In this document: positions 38,842 through 50,331 of the stretch, in pieces
Layout of the letters: each line of letters opens with the position of its first letter
How positions within the stretch are numbered: position 1 is the stretch's first letter
Assembly (NCBI GenBank): GCA_963699755.1
Contig: CAVOVB010000002.1
Coordinates: 384,001-448,000 of the forward strand
Direction of reading: 5' to 3'
Source: an uncultured delta proteobacterium
GTDB lineage: Bacteria; Myxococcota_A; Polyangia; Polyangiales; Houyiibacteriaceae
Length of the DNA stretch: 64,000 nt
Made by a program: the position numbers and the translations under genes
Notes under the pieces: generated by a model
Seen by the model: only the letters and a program-made list of their open reading frames with translations
Databases searched by the model: none
Told to the model about the DNA's origin: nothing

Positions 38842-40535
38842 CTACTCGAACGGTCCGATCCGCTCGTTGAGCGGGAATGCGGCGCCGGTGCAACCGTCGC
38901 TGCCGGGGGTAGTCGTTGCGGTCGAAGGTGTCACAAGCACCGTTGGTGATGTTCTTCTGGAAACAGACCCTAATCGGCGCTGAAACACTCGTTCTGCCTC
39001 GCTCGCCGGCGGCTTGAACCGCAAGGCAGGCGGGCCCCTCCACGCCATCCAGAGAAGTCTGCCAATCGAATGGATCGCCCGTAGAGCGGAAGGAAGTGAC
39101 GGGCGGCTTGATGAAGATCGCCGGAGTCGAACCCGTGGGCTCGTCGTTGTCCGGGATCACGCGAGGAGTCGTGGTTATGCTGCACACCGGATCGGCTGGA
39201 TCGGTCGCACTGCCGGAAATGCGAACACCGTGCTGGCCGGGCGATTCGAAGATCTGACCCGTCAGGCAGCCCGCACTCCCCGTCGGCCGCAACGAGTTCA
39301 AGTTGATCGCGACGGCTGGGGTGTTTCCAGCTTGGTTGCCCGGAAGGAAGTCCGGGTTGAGCGAGTCGCACAGGCCGTCCTCGTCCGTGTCGACCACCAA
39401 GGCCTGGCTGGCATCCCCCAGAATCCAAACCTGCGCCGACTCGTAGTCGAGCCCCGCCATGTAGGATGCGGAAGGGTTCCCGCGATCCTCGATGCGCGCG
39501 AATGTATGCAGTCGTGCCGACCACGTCTCCGTCGCTGATCGCGTTCTCGCCAACCGGGTTGAACGAGGCGGAGCACTCGATCCCAGCATTGGTCTTCTTG
39601 CCCTCTCGGACGCGAGGATGGTCCAGAGACAGCACCGGTGGCTTTCCGTCGAGCTCAACCGTGACCGACGCGACGCGATCGTTGCCAACGATATCGACAG
39701 CCACGACGTCGATCGTCACCTCGCCGATCGTCGTCGGATACTGGTTCGCGTCAGAGCTACCGAGAAAGCGGTTCGGAGAACCTCCAACCTGCGCCCTGTC
39801 GAACTTCCGAGAGCCGATGTAGAAGCTGACTTGGGAGGGATCGATGCCCCAGACGTCGGAGACCGTGTCCACCACATCGGTGGCTCCTCCAATAACGGAT
39901 CCAAGCGTAGGTTCGTCGATCGTGACCCCTGGCCCGTCCGCATCGACCGCGAAGTCGAGGGTCTCCGTCCGGGTCACGCCGCGGTCGTTGGCTACGCTCA
40001 ACGACGACTGATAGGTGCCGTCGAGCGGCGTTTCGTAGAGCGTTGGATCGTCGAAGTCCACCGTGGCACTAAACGTCGCCGTCGTCTCCGTTTGGCCTGC
40101 GAAGAGCGATTCGATCGGCTGGCCTGCAAGGACGACCTGCCAACTCGCCGGAACACTATCGACGGTGTCGAATTCGGTGACAGGAAGGGCGGTGAGGACG
40201 TAGCGAATGGTCATGCTGCCGGAGAAGACCGCCCCGCTCACCGAAGGACTGATAATCCGGACGTCGGGACCGAGGTCGAGCAAGGTATCCACCGCCACGG
40301 CCGGGTCCCCGGACGAATCGACCTGACACTGAATGCCAAGGTCCTGCTCCGTGACGAGGGTATCCGCGCCGGGATCGCTGGTCGCCTCGGGTCTCACAAT
40401 GGTGAGTAGCGGACCACCCTCGTCGGAACAGAGATCGCCACCGATGGTACCGCCGCCCGGCCCGTTGGTGGGCGGCGGCGTCACTGTGTCGTTGCAGCCT
40501 AGCTGAACAAAGAAGGAACAAGAGGCCAGGGCCAA
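38842..40535 (-). pseudogene. Frameshifted large exported/lipoprotein gene with Ig-like repeats
   Basis: Protein-like sequence continues through three frames with joins at a (GC)n run (39494-39500) and a G5 run (38905-38909); in-frame TAG three codons upstream of TTG 40535. Confidence 0.65.
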
Positions 40536-40647
40536 GCCCCACTACTCGATACGTCAGCAGGTCTTCCCCGCTAGAAGTAATTGGTATCAGGGTCGCCAGA
40601 GCACGGACGACGGCCAATTTTGGGGCAGAAGTGCCACGCCGGCTCGT

Positions 40648-40938
40648 CTAATCGCTCGGAGGGGTCCAGGCGGTCGCGGCCAGCTCGCCCTCTTCGAGAC
40701 CGAGCCAAATTCGCAGTTGTTTCAACATGAAGTCGGTGCCCTCGCGCGAGGAGAGGTCGACCCGGTAGGTGTTGATGTAGCGAACGCTCTCTTGGAGCCA
40801 GAGGTCCCAGCCCTCTTTGGAGACCTTCTCGAACACGAACTGCCCGATTTCGTTGGGGAACGGCGGCTTGGCGAGGCCCGGAAGCTCCTGGTCGAGCTTG
40901 ATGCAGTGAACGAGGCGATTCGGATCGGCTTCAGGCAT
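40648..40938 (-). CDS. yggX: Fe(II)-trafficking / oxidative damage protection protein
   Basis: VHCIKL..E..GL..PPFPNEIG..VFEKVSKEGWDLW....IN.YR.DL. Confidence 0.85.
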   Translation of the reverse strand: MPEADPNRLVHCIKLDQELPGLAKPPFPNEIGQFVFEKVSKEGWDLWLQESVRYINTYRVDLSSREGTDFMLKQLRIWLGLEEGELAATAWTPPSD

Positions 40939-40974
40939 GGCTGGCGCAGAACCTAGCACCGGGGTCGCCGCTGG

Positions 40975-41556
40975 CTAGCCCAGAATCCGGAAGAAGGAGC
41001 GCAGCATCTGATAGGTGAGCCCCCAGACGACGCGGCCGTCGACGTCGTAGGCGGGAAAGTCGATGCTCGTGCCGTGCCATCGATAGGGGCGGACGGTATC
41101 GACCTCGCCCCGGTAAAGCGGGAGAAGTGGTGTCCAGAGCGCCTCGGCGACTTCGCGATCGTCGACCTGGAGCGGCGACTCCCGGTGAACCTCGAAGACG
41201 AAGGGGCGGATCACCGTCTCCTGCGGCTTGCCGCGCGCGATCGCCTGAAGGTCATCGAGCTGACCGATGTGCTCGGCTTCGCGAGACAGGTCGAGGCCGA
41301 CCTCTTCGCGAGTCTCGCGCATCGCGGTCTCGAGGAGTGTCTCGTCCCCCCTGTCGTGCCGGCCGCCGGGAAAGGCCATGTGCCCCGACCAGGGATCTTC
41401 TGGGTGCTCAGCCCGCCGAATGAAAAACACCTCCGGTCCCAAGGCGCCTTCGCGCAGCAGCATCGCTACCGCAGCCCACTTCTCGTGCTCTGCGAGCTCC
41501 CGCGGAGCCCGGGCCCCGAGTACAGCGCGAACGTCCGGCAGCCGGAGAATGGTCAT
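40975..41556 (-). CDS. Nudix hydrolase, CoA pyrophosphatase type
   Basis: SGHMAFPGG, TAMRETREEVG Nudix box, VWGLT. Confidence 0.88.
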   Translation of the reverse strand: MTILRLPDVRAVLGARAPRELAEHEKWAAVAMLLREGALGPEVFFIRRAEHPEDPWSGHMAFPGGRHDRGDETLLETAMRETREEVGLDLSREAEHIGQLDDLQAIARGKPQETVIRPFVFEVHRESPLQVDDREVAEALWTPLLPLYRGEVDTVRPYRWHGTSIDFPAYDVDGRVVWGLTYQMLRSFFRILG

Positions 41557-41561
41557 GCTTC

Positions 41562-41804
41562 CTAGTCGACGATCTCGTAGCGAAAGTCCTCGATGACGGG
41601 GTTCGCCAAAAGCTTTTCGCACATGGACTGAATGTGAGCGTCGGCCGAGGCCTTGTCGTTGCCGTCGAGCTCGAGCTCGATGAGCTTGCCGACGCGTGCG
41701 GACTTCACCTCCTGGAAGCCGAGGGAGCCCAGGGAACGGCGAACGGCGTCGCCCTGTGGGTCGAGGACTTCACGCTTGAGTGTGACGAAGATGTTCGCTT
41801 TCAT
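41562..41804 (-). CDS. purS: Phosphoribosylformylglycinamidine synthase subunit PurS
   Basis: VLDPQG, RVGK, MCEKLLANPVIEDF. Confidence 0.95.
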   Translation of the reverse strand: MKANIFVTLKREVLDPQGDAVRRSLGSLGFQEVKSARVGKLIELELDGNDKASADAHIQSMCEKLLANPVIEDFRYEIVD

Positions 41805-42772
41805 GATCCCTCCAAGCCCAGGTTCTTCGCGATGCGGGGCAATGGCTCGTTCGTGTCCGGGGCAAACGCCGTGCCGCGGATCTGGTCGCAGGCCTGAATG
41901 TATCGCCGTGACGCTTCGACGCGCACATCATCAGGAATGGTCGGCACGGGGCCGTCGCCCTTGTAGCCATTGCTCGCGAGCCAGCGCCGGACGTACTCCT
42001 TGTCGAAGCTCTCTGGGTCTTCGCCTCCCTCGAATCGCTTCGAGTAGCTATTCGCGTACCAGAACCGCGATGAATCGGGGGTGTGGATCTCGTCGATGAC
42101 GACGATCTTGCCGTCCGGGGTCTTACCGAACTCGTACTTCGTATCGACGAGGATCAAGCCTCGCTCGGCGCAGACCTTTTGGCCGTGACCGAAGAGGGCC
42201 ATCGCATATGCTGCCGCCTCGTCGAAATCCCTGGCGCTGATGCGACCCATGGCGAGGATCTCGTCACGGGAGACCGAAACGTCGTGATCGCCTTTTTCGG
42301 CTTTGGTGCTCGGCGTCAGGATGGGGTCCGCTAGCTTCTGATGCTTCCGCAGACCGTCCGGGAGCTCGTGGCCGCAGAAGACACGCGTGCCGCCCTCGTA
42401 GTGCGTCCAGATGCTCGTGGACGTGACGCCCGTGATGTACGCGCGCACGACCATCTCGACCGGCAGCGGCTCGCACTCGATGCCGATCATGACGTTGGGG
42501 TCTGGCACGTCGAGAACGTGATTGGGAACGATGTGCTTGCTTTCCTCGAACCACCAGGCGGCCAGGCCGTTGAGGACCTGCCCTTTGTAGGGAAGGGTCC
42601 CGAGCACGCGGTCGAAGGCACTAATGCGATCGGTGACGACGATATAGCGTTTGCCGTCTGCGATGTAGCAGTCGCGAACCTTGCCCTCGTACTTGTGCCC
42701 GAGCGATTCGAAGTTGGTCGCGTCGAGGGTTTTCGAAAGCCCTTGCTGCAAGATGTCGGGTGAGACCGTCAT
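41801..42772 (-). CDS. purC: SAICAR synthase
   Basis: GKVRD, TDRISAFD, TPSTKA, LVDTKYEFG, IDEIHTPDSSRFW. Confidence 0.95.
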   Translation of the reverse strand: MTVSPDILQQGLSKTLDATNFESLGHKYEGKVRDCYIADGKRYIVVTDRISAFDRVLGTLPYKGQVLNGLAAWWFEESKHIVPNHVLDVPDPNVMIGIECEPLPVEMVVRAYITGVTSTSIWTHYEGGTRVFCGHELPDGLRKHQKLADPILTPSTKAEKGDHDVSVSRDEILAMGRISARDFDEAAAYAMALFGHGQKVCAERGLILVDTKYEFGKTPDGKIVVIDEIHTPDSSRFWYANSYSKRFEGGEDPESFDKEYVRRWLASNGYKGDGPVPTIPDDVRVEASRRYIQACDQIRGTAFAPDTNEPLPRIAKNLGLEGS

Positions 42773-42773
42773 T

Positions 42774-44075
<1,302 letters not shown>

Positions 44076-44147
44076 TGCTGGGCGGCGAAGCTAGCAGACG
44101 GTTCGCCGCTGTGCGACTGAGACTGGCAGCTCGGATCTGAGTCCCGA

Positions 44148-44447
44148 TTAAACGTGGAAGTTCCATGCCTTGCGGACTTCGATGCGGGGCATCGCATAGC
44201 CCTCGACGTAGGCTCGATGAGCGGGGTCGGCGATGTATTGCTCGACGTCCTCCATGGAATCGAACTGAACCAGGATGCTGATGTCCCAGCTGGCTTCGGA
44301 AGCGTCGTCGGCGGGCAGGCCGACGGTGACGCTTCGAACGTTCTCGATCGCGCCGAGATCTCTTTGCGTTCGCGCCGCGAACTCGGCACGCGCCGCGTCG
44401 TTGCAGTACTCGTCTTTCAACTTGAACAATACGATTCGTTCGATCAC
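44148..44447 (-). CDS. Dabb-family stress-responsive alpha/beta barrel protein
   Basis: IERIVLFKLK, FDSMEDVEQYIADPAH. Confidence 0.85.
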   Translation of the reverse strand: MIERIVLFKLKDEYCNDAARAEFAARTQRDLGAIENVRSVTVGLPADDASEASWDISILVQFDSMEDVEQYIADPAHRAYVEGYAMPRIEVRKAWNFHV

Positions 44448-44451
44448 TGCC

Positions 44452-45504
44452 CTACCCGATCCCTGCTAGCCCGCAGCCGATGCCTGCCAAGTGCGGCACA
44501 GCGGCCCCGAACATCGCTGCTTCCTTAGAGCTAGCGTTCCCATCAAGGCTCCGCTTGTATACGCCCTGCGCAATGGCCGCCAGGCGGAAGATCGAGAAAG
44601 CCTTGTAGTAGCTCAAGTCCGGGACGCCGTCGCGGCCGACCAACTCGCAGTAGCGCGCAACGAATGCGGCCTCGGTGGGGATGCCACTCTTCTGGAAGTC
44701 CACGCCCGCCAGGCCACCGATTTTCGGAAGGACCACGTCGTACAGCATACAGGTATAGGCCAAGTCCGAAAGCGGGTGCCCGAGCGTCGAGAGCTCCCAG
44801 TCGATGACCGCGAGAGCGCGGGGCTCGGTCGGGTGGAAGATGATGTTGTCGAGCCGGTAATCGCCGTGGACCAGGGCGGTAGCCTCGTCGTCGGGAATGT
44901 TTGCCGGCAGCCAGTCGATGAGGGTGCTCATTGCCTCGATCTCGGAGGTCTGGGACGCGAGGTACTGCTTGGTCCATCGCTTCACTTGCCGGGCCACGTA
45001 GGCATCGGGGCGTCCGTAGTCGGTGAGACCCACCCGAGCGAGATCGACGCTGTGGATGGCGGCCAGCACCCGGGCGAGCTCCTCGTAGATCGCCCGCCGT
45101 TCCGCTGGCTCGACATCGGGAAGCTGCACATTCCAGAAAATTCGCCCTTGGACATACTCCATAACGAAGAAAGGGGTGCCGATGACCGAGTCGTCCTCAC
45201 AGAGGGCGTACATCTTCGCGCTGGGGACGTCGGTATCGCTGAGCGCGCGCATCACCCGATATTCGCGGTCGACAGCGTGCGCGGACTGAAGGAGCTTCCC
45301 TGGTGGCTTCTTGCGCAGCGCGTACTGGCGCCCCCGATCGGCGAGCCAATAGGTTGGGTTGGATTGGCCACCCTTGAACTGGCAAACCTGAAGCCCGCCG
45401 CTGTAGCCGTCGACGTGCTCGCCCATCCAGGCGTCGAGGCGCGTTTCATCGAAACGATGGGCTTCTCGAACGGGTCCTGTGTTTTTCGGGGGCGCCGGGA
45501 GCAT
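44452..45504 (-). CDS. APH/choline-kinase-like phosphotransferase (ACAD10/11-like)
   Basis: GGQSNPTY, LRKKPPG..SAHAVDRE, HGDYRLDN, IDWELST. Confidence 0.88.
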   Translation of the reverse strand: MLPAPPKNTGPVREAHRFDETRLDAWMGEHVDGYSGGLQVCQFKGGQSNPTYWLADRGRQYALRKKPPGKLLQSAHAVDREYRVMRALSDTDVPSAKMYALCEDDSVIGTPFFVMEYVQGRIFWNVQLPDVEPAERRAIYEELARVLAAIHSVDLARVGLTDYGRPDAYVARQVKRWTKQYLASQTSEIEAMSTLIDWLPANIPDDEATALVHGDYRLDNIIFHPTEPRALAVIDWELSTLGHPLSDLAYTCMLYDVVLPKIGGLAGVDFQKSGIPTEAAFVARYCELVGRDGVPDLSYYKAFSIFRLAAIAQGVYKRSLDGNASSKEAAMFGAAVPHLAGIGCGLAGIG

Positions 45505-45610
45505 CGATCCTCGCTTTCGGAAAGTCGGGAGCCTATCATGCCCGGCCCAGTTCGGAGCGATCGAACGCACCGCATTGAGCACCGGTCCCAAGGGAGCTAC
45601 GTTCCACGGC

Positions 45611-47062
45611 GTGAGGTGGGCAAAGCATGCGCGCTCGAGCTTTCGCGGCTTCCTGGTCGCCACCGCGATCCTGTGTAGCGCACAGTTGAGCCTGGGGCAG
45701 AAACCCGAGGAGGATGCCGACGACTCCGGCTATCAGCCCGCCCCGAGCGCCAACGTACAGAGCCACGTGAAGGCCCTTCCGATCGATGCGCCTGCCGGCT
45801 CCAAAGTCGTCATCATCACCATCGACCGCACGGTGGAGCTCGGCCTGGCCGCCTACGTGCGCCGCGCCATCGAATCCAATCCGGACGCCGCCGCGATCGT
45901 GCTCGAAGTCAACACACTTGGCGGACGCGTCGATGCTGCGATTCAGATTCGCGACGCCCTGCTCGAAGCCAAGCCCCGGACCATCGCCTTCATCCACCCA
46001 CGCGCGATCAGCGCTGGAGCCTTGATCAGCCTGGCCTGCGACAACGTCCTGATGACAGAAGGCGCAACCATCGGCGCGGCGACACCCATTCAGGCAGCCC
46101 CGGGCGGGCAGGCCGAGGCCGTTGGCGAAAAGATGGTCTCGTACATGCGCGCGGAGATGCGGGCGACAGCCGAGGCCAACGGCAGGCGCGGCGACATCGC
46201 TGAGGCGATGGTCGACAACGAGGTCGCAATCAAAGGCATCGTCGACGCGGGCAAGCTTCTGACCCTCGACACCGACCAAGCCATCAAGATGGGCATGGCC
46301 GATGGCAAGGCGGCCAACCTCGACGAGGTGATGAGCGCCCTCACGCTGAACGAACCCGAAATCATACGAGGCGAGCTCAACTGGGGCGAGGAAATCGCGC
46401 GCTGGCTCACCGAGCCAACCATCAGCGGCCTTCTGCTTTCGGTCGGCATGCTTGGGCTCATGGTCGCCTTCTATACGCGGACCGTAGGCGCGTTCACCGT
46501 CCTGGGCGCCATTTCGCTCCTCCTTTTCTTCGGAGGGCATGCGGTCGTTCATCTCGTCGGTTGGGAGGAGGCACTGCTGTTCGTGGCGGGCGTCATTCTG
46601 GTCGTAGTCGAAATCTTCTTCGTTCCGGGGCTCGGCGTGCCCGGCGTCCTCGGGTTGATCTTCGTGATCGCGGCGCTGGTCCTCGCCTTGATCGGTATTC
46701 CAATCGACGTCTCCTTCAAGACCGGCGTGCTCGCGGACGCAATGACGCGCGTTTTGTTGTCGCTGCTTGGGGCATTCGTCCTTGCCCTCGTCGTGATGCG
46801 CTTGTTCTCTCGGACCGCGATGGGCCGGGCCCTCGTTTTGGACAACGCCGAGACGGGTTTCCTCTCCGCGCCGAGCGCGTCGGACCTCATCGGCCAAACC
46901 GGAGAGGCCTTGACGGATCTCAGGCCGACCGGAAAGATCATCATCGATGGACAGCGCCACGAAGCCACCAGCGAAAGGGAGTTCGTTGCCCGCGGCGCCA
47001 CAGTTCGCGTGATTGGCAGAGATGGGCCGGCCCTGGTCGTCCGTCCAACGGAGAAGCCGTGA
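45611..47062 (+). CDS. nfeD: Long-form NfeD (ClpP-like serine protease + TM + OB fold)
   Basis: NTLGG, AISAGA (Ser), GEKMVS (Lys), multi-TM region, TDLRPTG OB fold; start uncertain. Confidence 0.88.
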   Translation: MRWAKHARSSFRGFLVATAILCSAQLSLGQKPEEDADDSGYQPAPSANVQSHVKALPIDAPAGSKVVIITIDRTVELGLAAYVRRAIESNPDAAAIVLEVNTLGGRVDAAIQIRDALLEAKPRTIAFIHPRAISAGALISLACDNVLMTEGATIGAATPIQAAPGGQAEAVGEKMVSYMRAEMRATAEANGRRGDIAEAMVDNEVAIKGIVDAGKLLTLDTDQAIKMGMADGKAANLDEVMSALTLNEPEIIRGELNWGEEIARWLTEPTISGLLLSVGMLGLMVAFYTRTVGAFTVLGAISLLLFFGGHAVVHLVGWEEALLFVAGVILVVVEIFFVPGLGVPGVLGLIFVIAALVLALIGIPIDVSFKTGVLADAMTRVLLSLLGAFVLALVVMRLFSRTAMGRALVLDNAETGFLSAPSASDLIGQTGEALTDLRPTGKIIIDGQRHEATSEREFVARGATVRVIGRDGPALVVRPTEKP

Positions 47063-47529
47063 CCGCACTCATCATCGTCGTCGTGCTGGTGCTCGGCCTG
47101 ATTTTGCTCTTCACCGAGGTCGCGGTGGTGCCGGGCTTTGGCGTGGCCGGGGCCCTCGGCTTGTTGGCGCTTGCCGCAGGAGCGATCGCCGCCTGGACGG
47201 AGCTTGGTCCCTTCTGGGGTGGCCTGACGGGCGCAGTCTCGGTCGTCGCTGCCGGGATCATGCTGGTTTGGCTCCCGAAAAGCCGCCTCGGGCGCCAGGT
47301 CGTGCTCGAGCACAGCCAAGCGGACACGGTCTCCCAGAAAGACCGGAGTGGGTTCGTCGGCCGCCGGGGGATCAGCGTGACCCCGCTCAGGCCGATCGGC
47401 CGTGCCCGTTTTGGCTCAGAAGAAGTCGATGTGGTGACCGAAGGTGAGTACATCGACCGCAACCAGGAAATTGAAGTCGTGTCCGTCGAGGGGCCACGCG
47501 TCGTCGTGCGCATCCCCGATGCGACCTAG
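47059..47529 (+). CDS. Short-form NfeD (TM + OB fold)
   Basis: GTGA overlap; EVAVVPGFGVAG, TPLRPIG, DVVTEGEYI. Confidence 0.85.
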   Translation: MTALIIVVVLVLGLILLFTEVAVVPGFGVAGALGLLALAAGAIAAWTELGPFWGGLTGAVSVVAAGIMLVWLPKSRLGRQVVLEHSQADTVSQKDRSGFVGRRGISVTPLRPIGRARFGSEEVDVVTEGEYIDRNQEIEVVSVEGPRVVVRIPDAT

Positions 47530-47541
47530 GAAGGAAGCCCC

Positions 47542-48528
47542 ATGCAGTTCGCCCCCCTCGCTCTGATTTTTCTCCTGATCATCGTCCTCTTTGTTCTATT
47601 CGTCTGGTTGATCCCGGTTCGACTCTGGATCGCGGCCTGGTCGAGCGGCGCTCGGGTCGGCTTCGGCGAGCTGATCGGCATGCGTCTTCGACGGGTATCG
47701 CCTGGCGCGGTGGTCAATCCCCGCATCACCTCGGTGAAAGCAGGCATCGACCTTCCGACCAATACCTTGGAGTCCCACTATCTCGCTGGCGGCAACGTCG
47801 AACGCGTAGTCAATGCGCTCATCAGCGCAGACAAAGCAGGTATCAAGCTCGGCTTCCAGCAGGCCGCAGCGATCGACCTGGCGGGCCGTGACGTGCTCGA
47901 GGCGGTGCAGACGAGCGTCAATCCGCGGGTCATCACGACTCCGAAAATCACCGCGGTGGCCAAAGATGGAATTCAGCTCCTGGTGGTCACCCGAATCACA
48001 GTTCGTTCCAACATCGACCGGCTGGTCGGAGGCGCAACGGAGGAGACCGTCCTCGCACGCGTTGGAGAGGGAATCGTCTCCACGATCGGTTCAGCCATGA
48101 ACTACGCTGAGGTGCTCGAGAACCCAGACAGTATCTCCAAGAACGTCCTCGCGCGCGGCCTGGACAGCGGCACGGCGTTCAACATTCTTTCAATCGACAT
48201 CGCTGACGTCGATGTCGGCACCAACATTGGCGCCAAGCTGATGACCGAGCAGGCCGAGGCGGATAAACAGGTCGCGCAGGCTCGCGCGGAGGGCCGACGC
48301 GCGCTCGCGGTCGCCGCCGAGCAGGAGATGCGCGCAAAGGTCGAAGAGATGCGCGCGCACCTGGTCGAGGCCGAAGCCAAGATCCCGGAGGCCATGGCCG
48401 ACGCGCTCAAAGCCGGCAACCTCGGCGTGATGGACTACTACAATCTCCGCAACGTGGCCGCCGATACCCAGATGCGCGATTCGATCAGCAAGGCCACCGG
48501 CGGCTCGGACGATGAAGACCAGGGCTGA
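47542..48528 (+). CDS. floA: Flotillin-like protein FloA (YqfA)
   Basis: [55 protein letters not shown]. Confidence 0.93.
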   Translation: MQFAPLALIFLLIIVLFVLFVWLIPVRLWIAAWSSGARVGFGELIGMRLRRVSPGAVVNPRITSVKAGIDLPTNTLESHYLAGGNVERVVNALISADKAGIKLGFQQAAAIDLAGRDVLEAVQTSVNPRVITTPKITAVAKDGIQLLVVTRITVRSNIDRLVGGATEETVLARVGEGIVSTIGSAMNYAEVLENPDSISKNVLARGLDSGTAFNILSIDIADVDVGTNIGAKLMTEQAEADKQVAQARAEGRRALAVAAEQEMRAKVEEMRAHLVEAEAKIPEAMADALKAGNLGVMDYYNLRNVAADTQMRDSISKATGGSDDEDQG

Positions 48529-48667
48529 GTCGCTCAGACTGGGCAGAGTGGTGGCCCAGCCGCGAACCTTCGTCGCGCGCCTGGTGCTCGCGGACTTGAT
48601 CGCGAAGCGCGGCGAAGGCCCGCTCGCGCGCAAGCAACTCGTCTACCGCAGCCGGAAGAAGCGCTGA
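48512..48667 (+). CDS. Putative 51-aa basic small protein (not in ORF track)
   Basis: [51 protein letters not shown]; overlaps floA end and stops 6 nt before the next ATG. Confidence 0.55.
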   Translation: MKTRAESLRLGRVVAQPRTFVARLVLADLIAKRGEGPLARKQLVYRSRKKR

Positions 48668-48673
48668 GTCGGG

Positions 48674-50266
48674 ATGGAGGAGCTGCTCAAAGAATATCTA
48701 GGCGAAATCGCGCTCCTGATCTACATCCTCTACCCGCTGCTCAAGCGCGGCTGGGACCGGCTCAAAAAGAAGGGCGATGCCGCTCGAAAGCCAAAGGAAG
48801 CGCTCGCGAAGGCGTCAGCCGCCAAGCAGTCCGGACCGGCTCCCGGCCCGGCCCGACGCGCGCCTGCGGCGGTCCAACCTGCACCCCAGGTGGATTTCCT
48901 CGGGGCGGCTCGCGCCCGGCTCTCGGGACTGAAGGAAGAGGCGACTGAGTTGCTCGTGCGCGCCGAAGGGGACCCGCGCTTAACGCGCCTCGTGCCGGCC
49001 TTGCGTGAGGATCTCCTCGGTCGACTCGCCTCGATCGAGCGCTCGCTCCAGGGCAGCCCGACGATGTCGACCATCGCTCAGGACACCACGGTCATCGGAG
49101 GGCTCGAGGCGCTCCTCGGGAACCTGAAGACCATCGCGAGGCAGCGCAGCTACGGCGGCTCTTCGTTTCATGCCGAGGCCGACAAGATGGCCGACGCCAG
49201 CTACGCACCGCTTCTCGAGCTGGCGCGCGCGCAGGGCCTCAAGCTGAAGAGCAGCCAGGCCATCACGTTGACCGGAGACTGGGATTTGTCGATCGTCCCG
49301 CGCTTCGCGTCGACGCGGCTGGCTCCGCTTCGCTTGCCTGCCGGCTTCGGGAGCAGCGTGTGGCGCTGGCCGGCCATCGCGCACGAGGTGGCCCACGACT
49401 TCTACTATAGCCTCGAAGGGCTCGAGCCGAGCATGCACAGGCGGCTCGGCCTTCCCAAGCAGGTCGAGCTGCCGGTCTCTTCTGCGGAGCTCGACGGCGC
49501 ATGGCTCCGAGGGCTCTTCGGCGCATGGCTTTCCGAGGTGTTCGCCGACGTCATCGGCACGATGAGCCTAGGTCCGGCCTATGTGGAAGCGATGCGCCGC
49601 GCGTTCCGAAACCCGAGCGCGCCGCAGCAGACCGCCGCCATCCTGCAAGATCGCGACCTGATAGACGAGCACCCACCTGCCCGACTGCGCTTGTTCATGG
49701 CGACGCGGGTCCTACACCACTTGGGTCGCCATGATGAAGCCGAGGAGCTCTGGGAGCGATGGGAAGGCGAACACCCGGACGTGCGGCTGTACTACCTGCC
49801 GCTCGGGGGACAGTGGGTCGGCATCGCCGACGACGCGATGCATTCGATCGCCGGTTCGATCATCGACGCTCTGGTCCAAGGAGGCTGGCCCGAGCTCCAA
49901 GGTTTCCAGCTCCTCAACATTCCGGGGTTCGCGTACCTGCATGCCGAGCATGCCGAAGCGCAACGATTGAGTCGCGCGCTGGCGCATGGCGAGACTGTGA
50001 ACGCGGACGTTCGCTGGATCCTGGCGGCCGCGGTACTCGCAGCGATGGCACAACCGACCCTGCACGATCCGATTATGGAAGCCGCGAGGCGCTCGATCCG
50101 GGGTGTCGGGGAAGAACGAGAGGCAGTCACGACCAGACCCCGCCGCCGCCGACCTCGCACGATCGGCGCAAGCCTGGTCGCATCCATGCGACAGCCCCGG
50201 GCCATCGAAGAAGCCATCGCCCTCGGCGCCGCGCTCACCCCATACAAACGCCCCGCCTGGCGCTGA
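48674..50266 (+). CDS. Membrane-anchored putative zinc metallopeptidase (HExxH)
   Basis: N-terminal hydrophobic segment; AHEVAH (49382-49396), W..EVFAD, GPAY, HPP..LR. Confidence 0.65.
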   Translation: MEELLKEYLGEIALLIYILYPLLKRGWDRLKKKGDAARKPKEALAKASAAKQSGPAPGPARRAPAAVQPAPQVDFLGAARARLSGLKEEATELLVRAEGDPRLTRLVPALREDLLGRLASIERSLQGSPTMSTIAQDTTVIGGLEALLGNLKTIARQRSYGGSSFHAEADKMADASYAPLLELARAQGLKLKSSQAITLTGDWDLSIVPRFASTRLAPLRLPAGFGSSVWRWPAIAHEVAHDFYYSLEGLEPSMHRRLGLPKQVELPVSSAELDGAWLRGLFGAWLSEVFADVIGTMSLGPAYVEAMRRAFRNPSAPQQTAAILQDRDLIDEHPPARLRLFMATRVLHHLGRHDEAEELWERWEGEHPDVRLYYLPLGGQWVGIADDAMHSIAGSIIDALVQGGWPELQGFQLLNIPGFAYLHAEHAEAQRLSRALAHGETVNADVRWILAAAVLAAMAQPTLHDPIMEAARRSIRGVGEEREAVTTRPRRRRPRTIGASLVASMRQPRAIEEAIALGAALTPYKRPAWR

Positions 50267-50331
50267 CGTACCGGGACGCGGAATAGCGCATCCCGGGTGC
50301 CATCGGCCGCGCCCGGTGCTAGGGGGACCCA

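Noticed and set aside
44082..44109. 8-bp inverted repeat (GCGGCGAA/TTCGCCGC) upstream of purB as a riboswitch or terminator
   Set aside because: No U-tract, the intergenic space is too short for a known purine-related riboswitch, and such stems are common at this GC content
46561..47058. N-terminal extension of the short NfeD ORF
   Set aside because: Out-of-frame overlap with the long nfeD; the GTGA coupling at 47059 is the likely start
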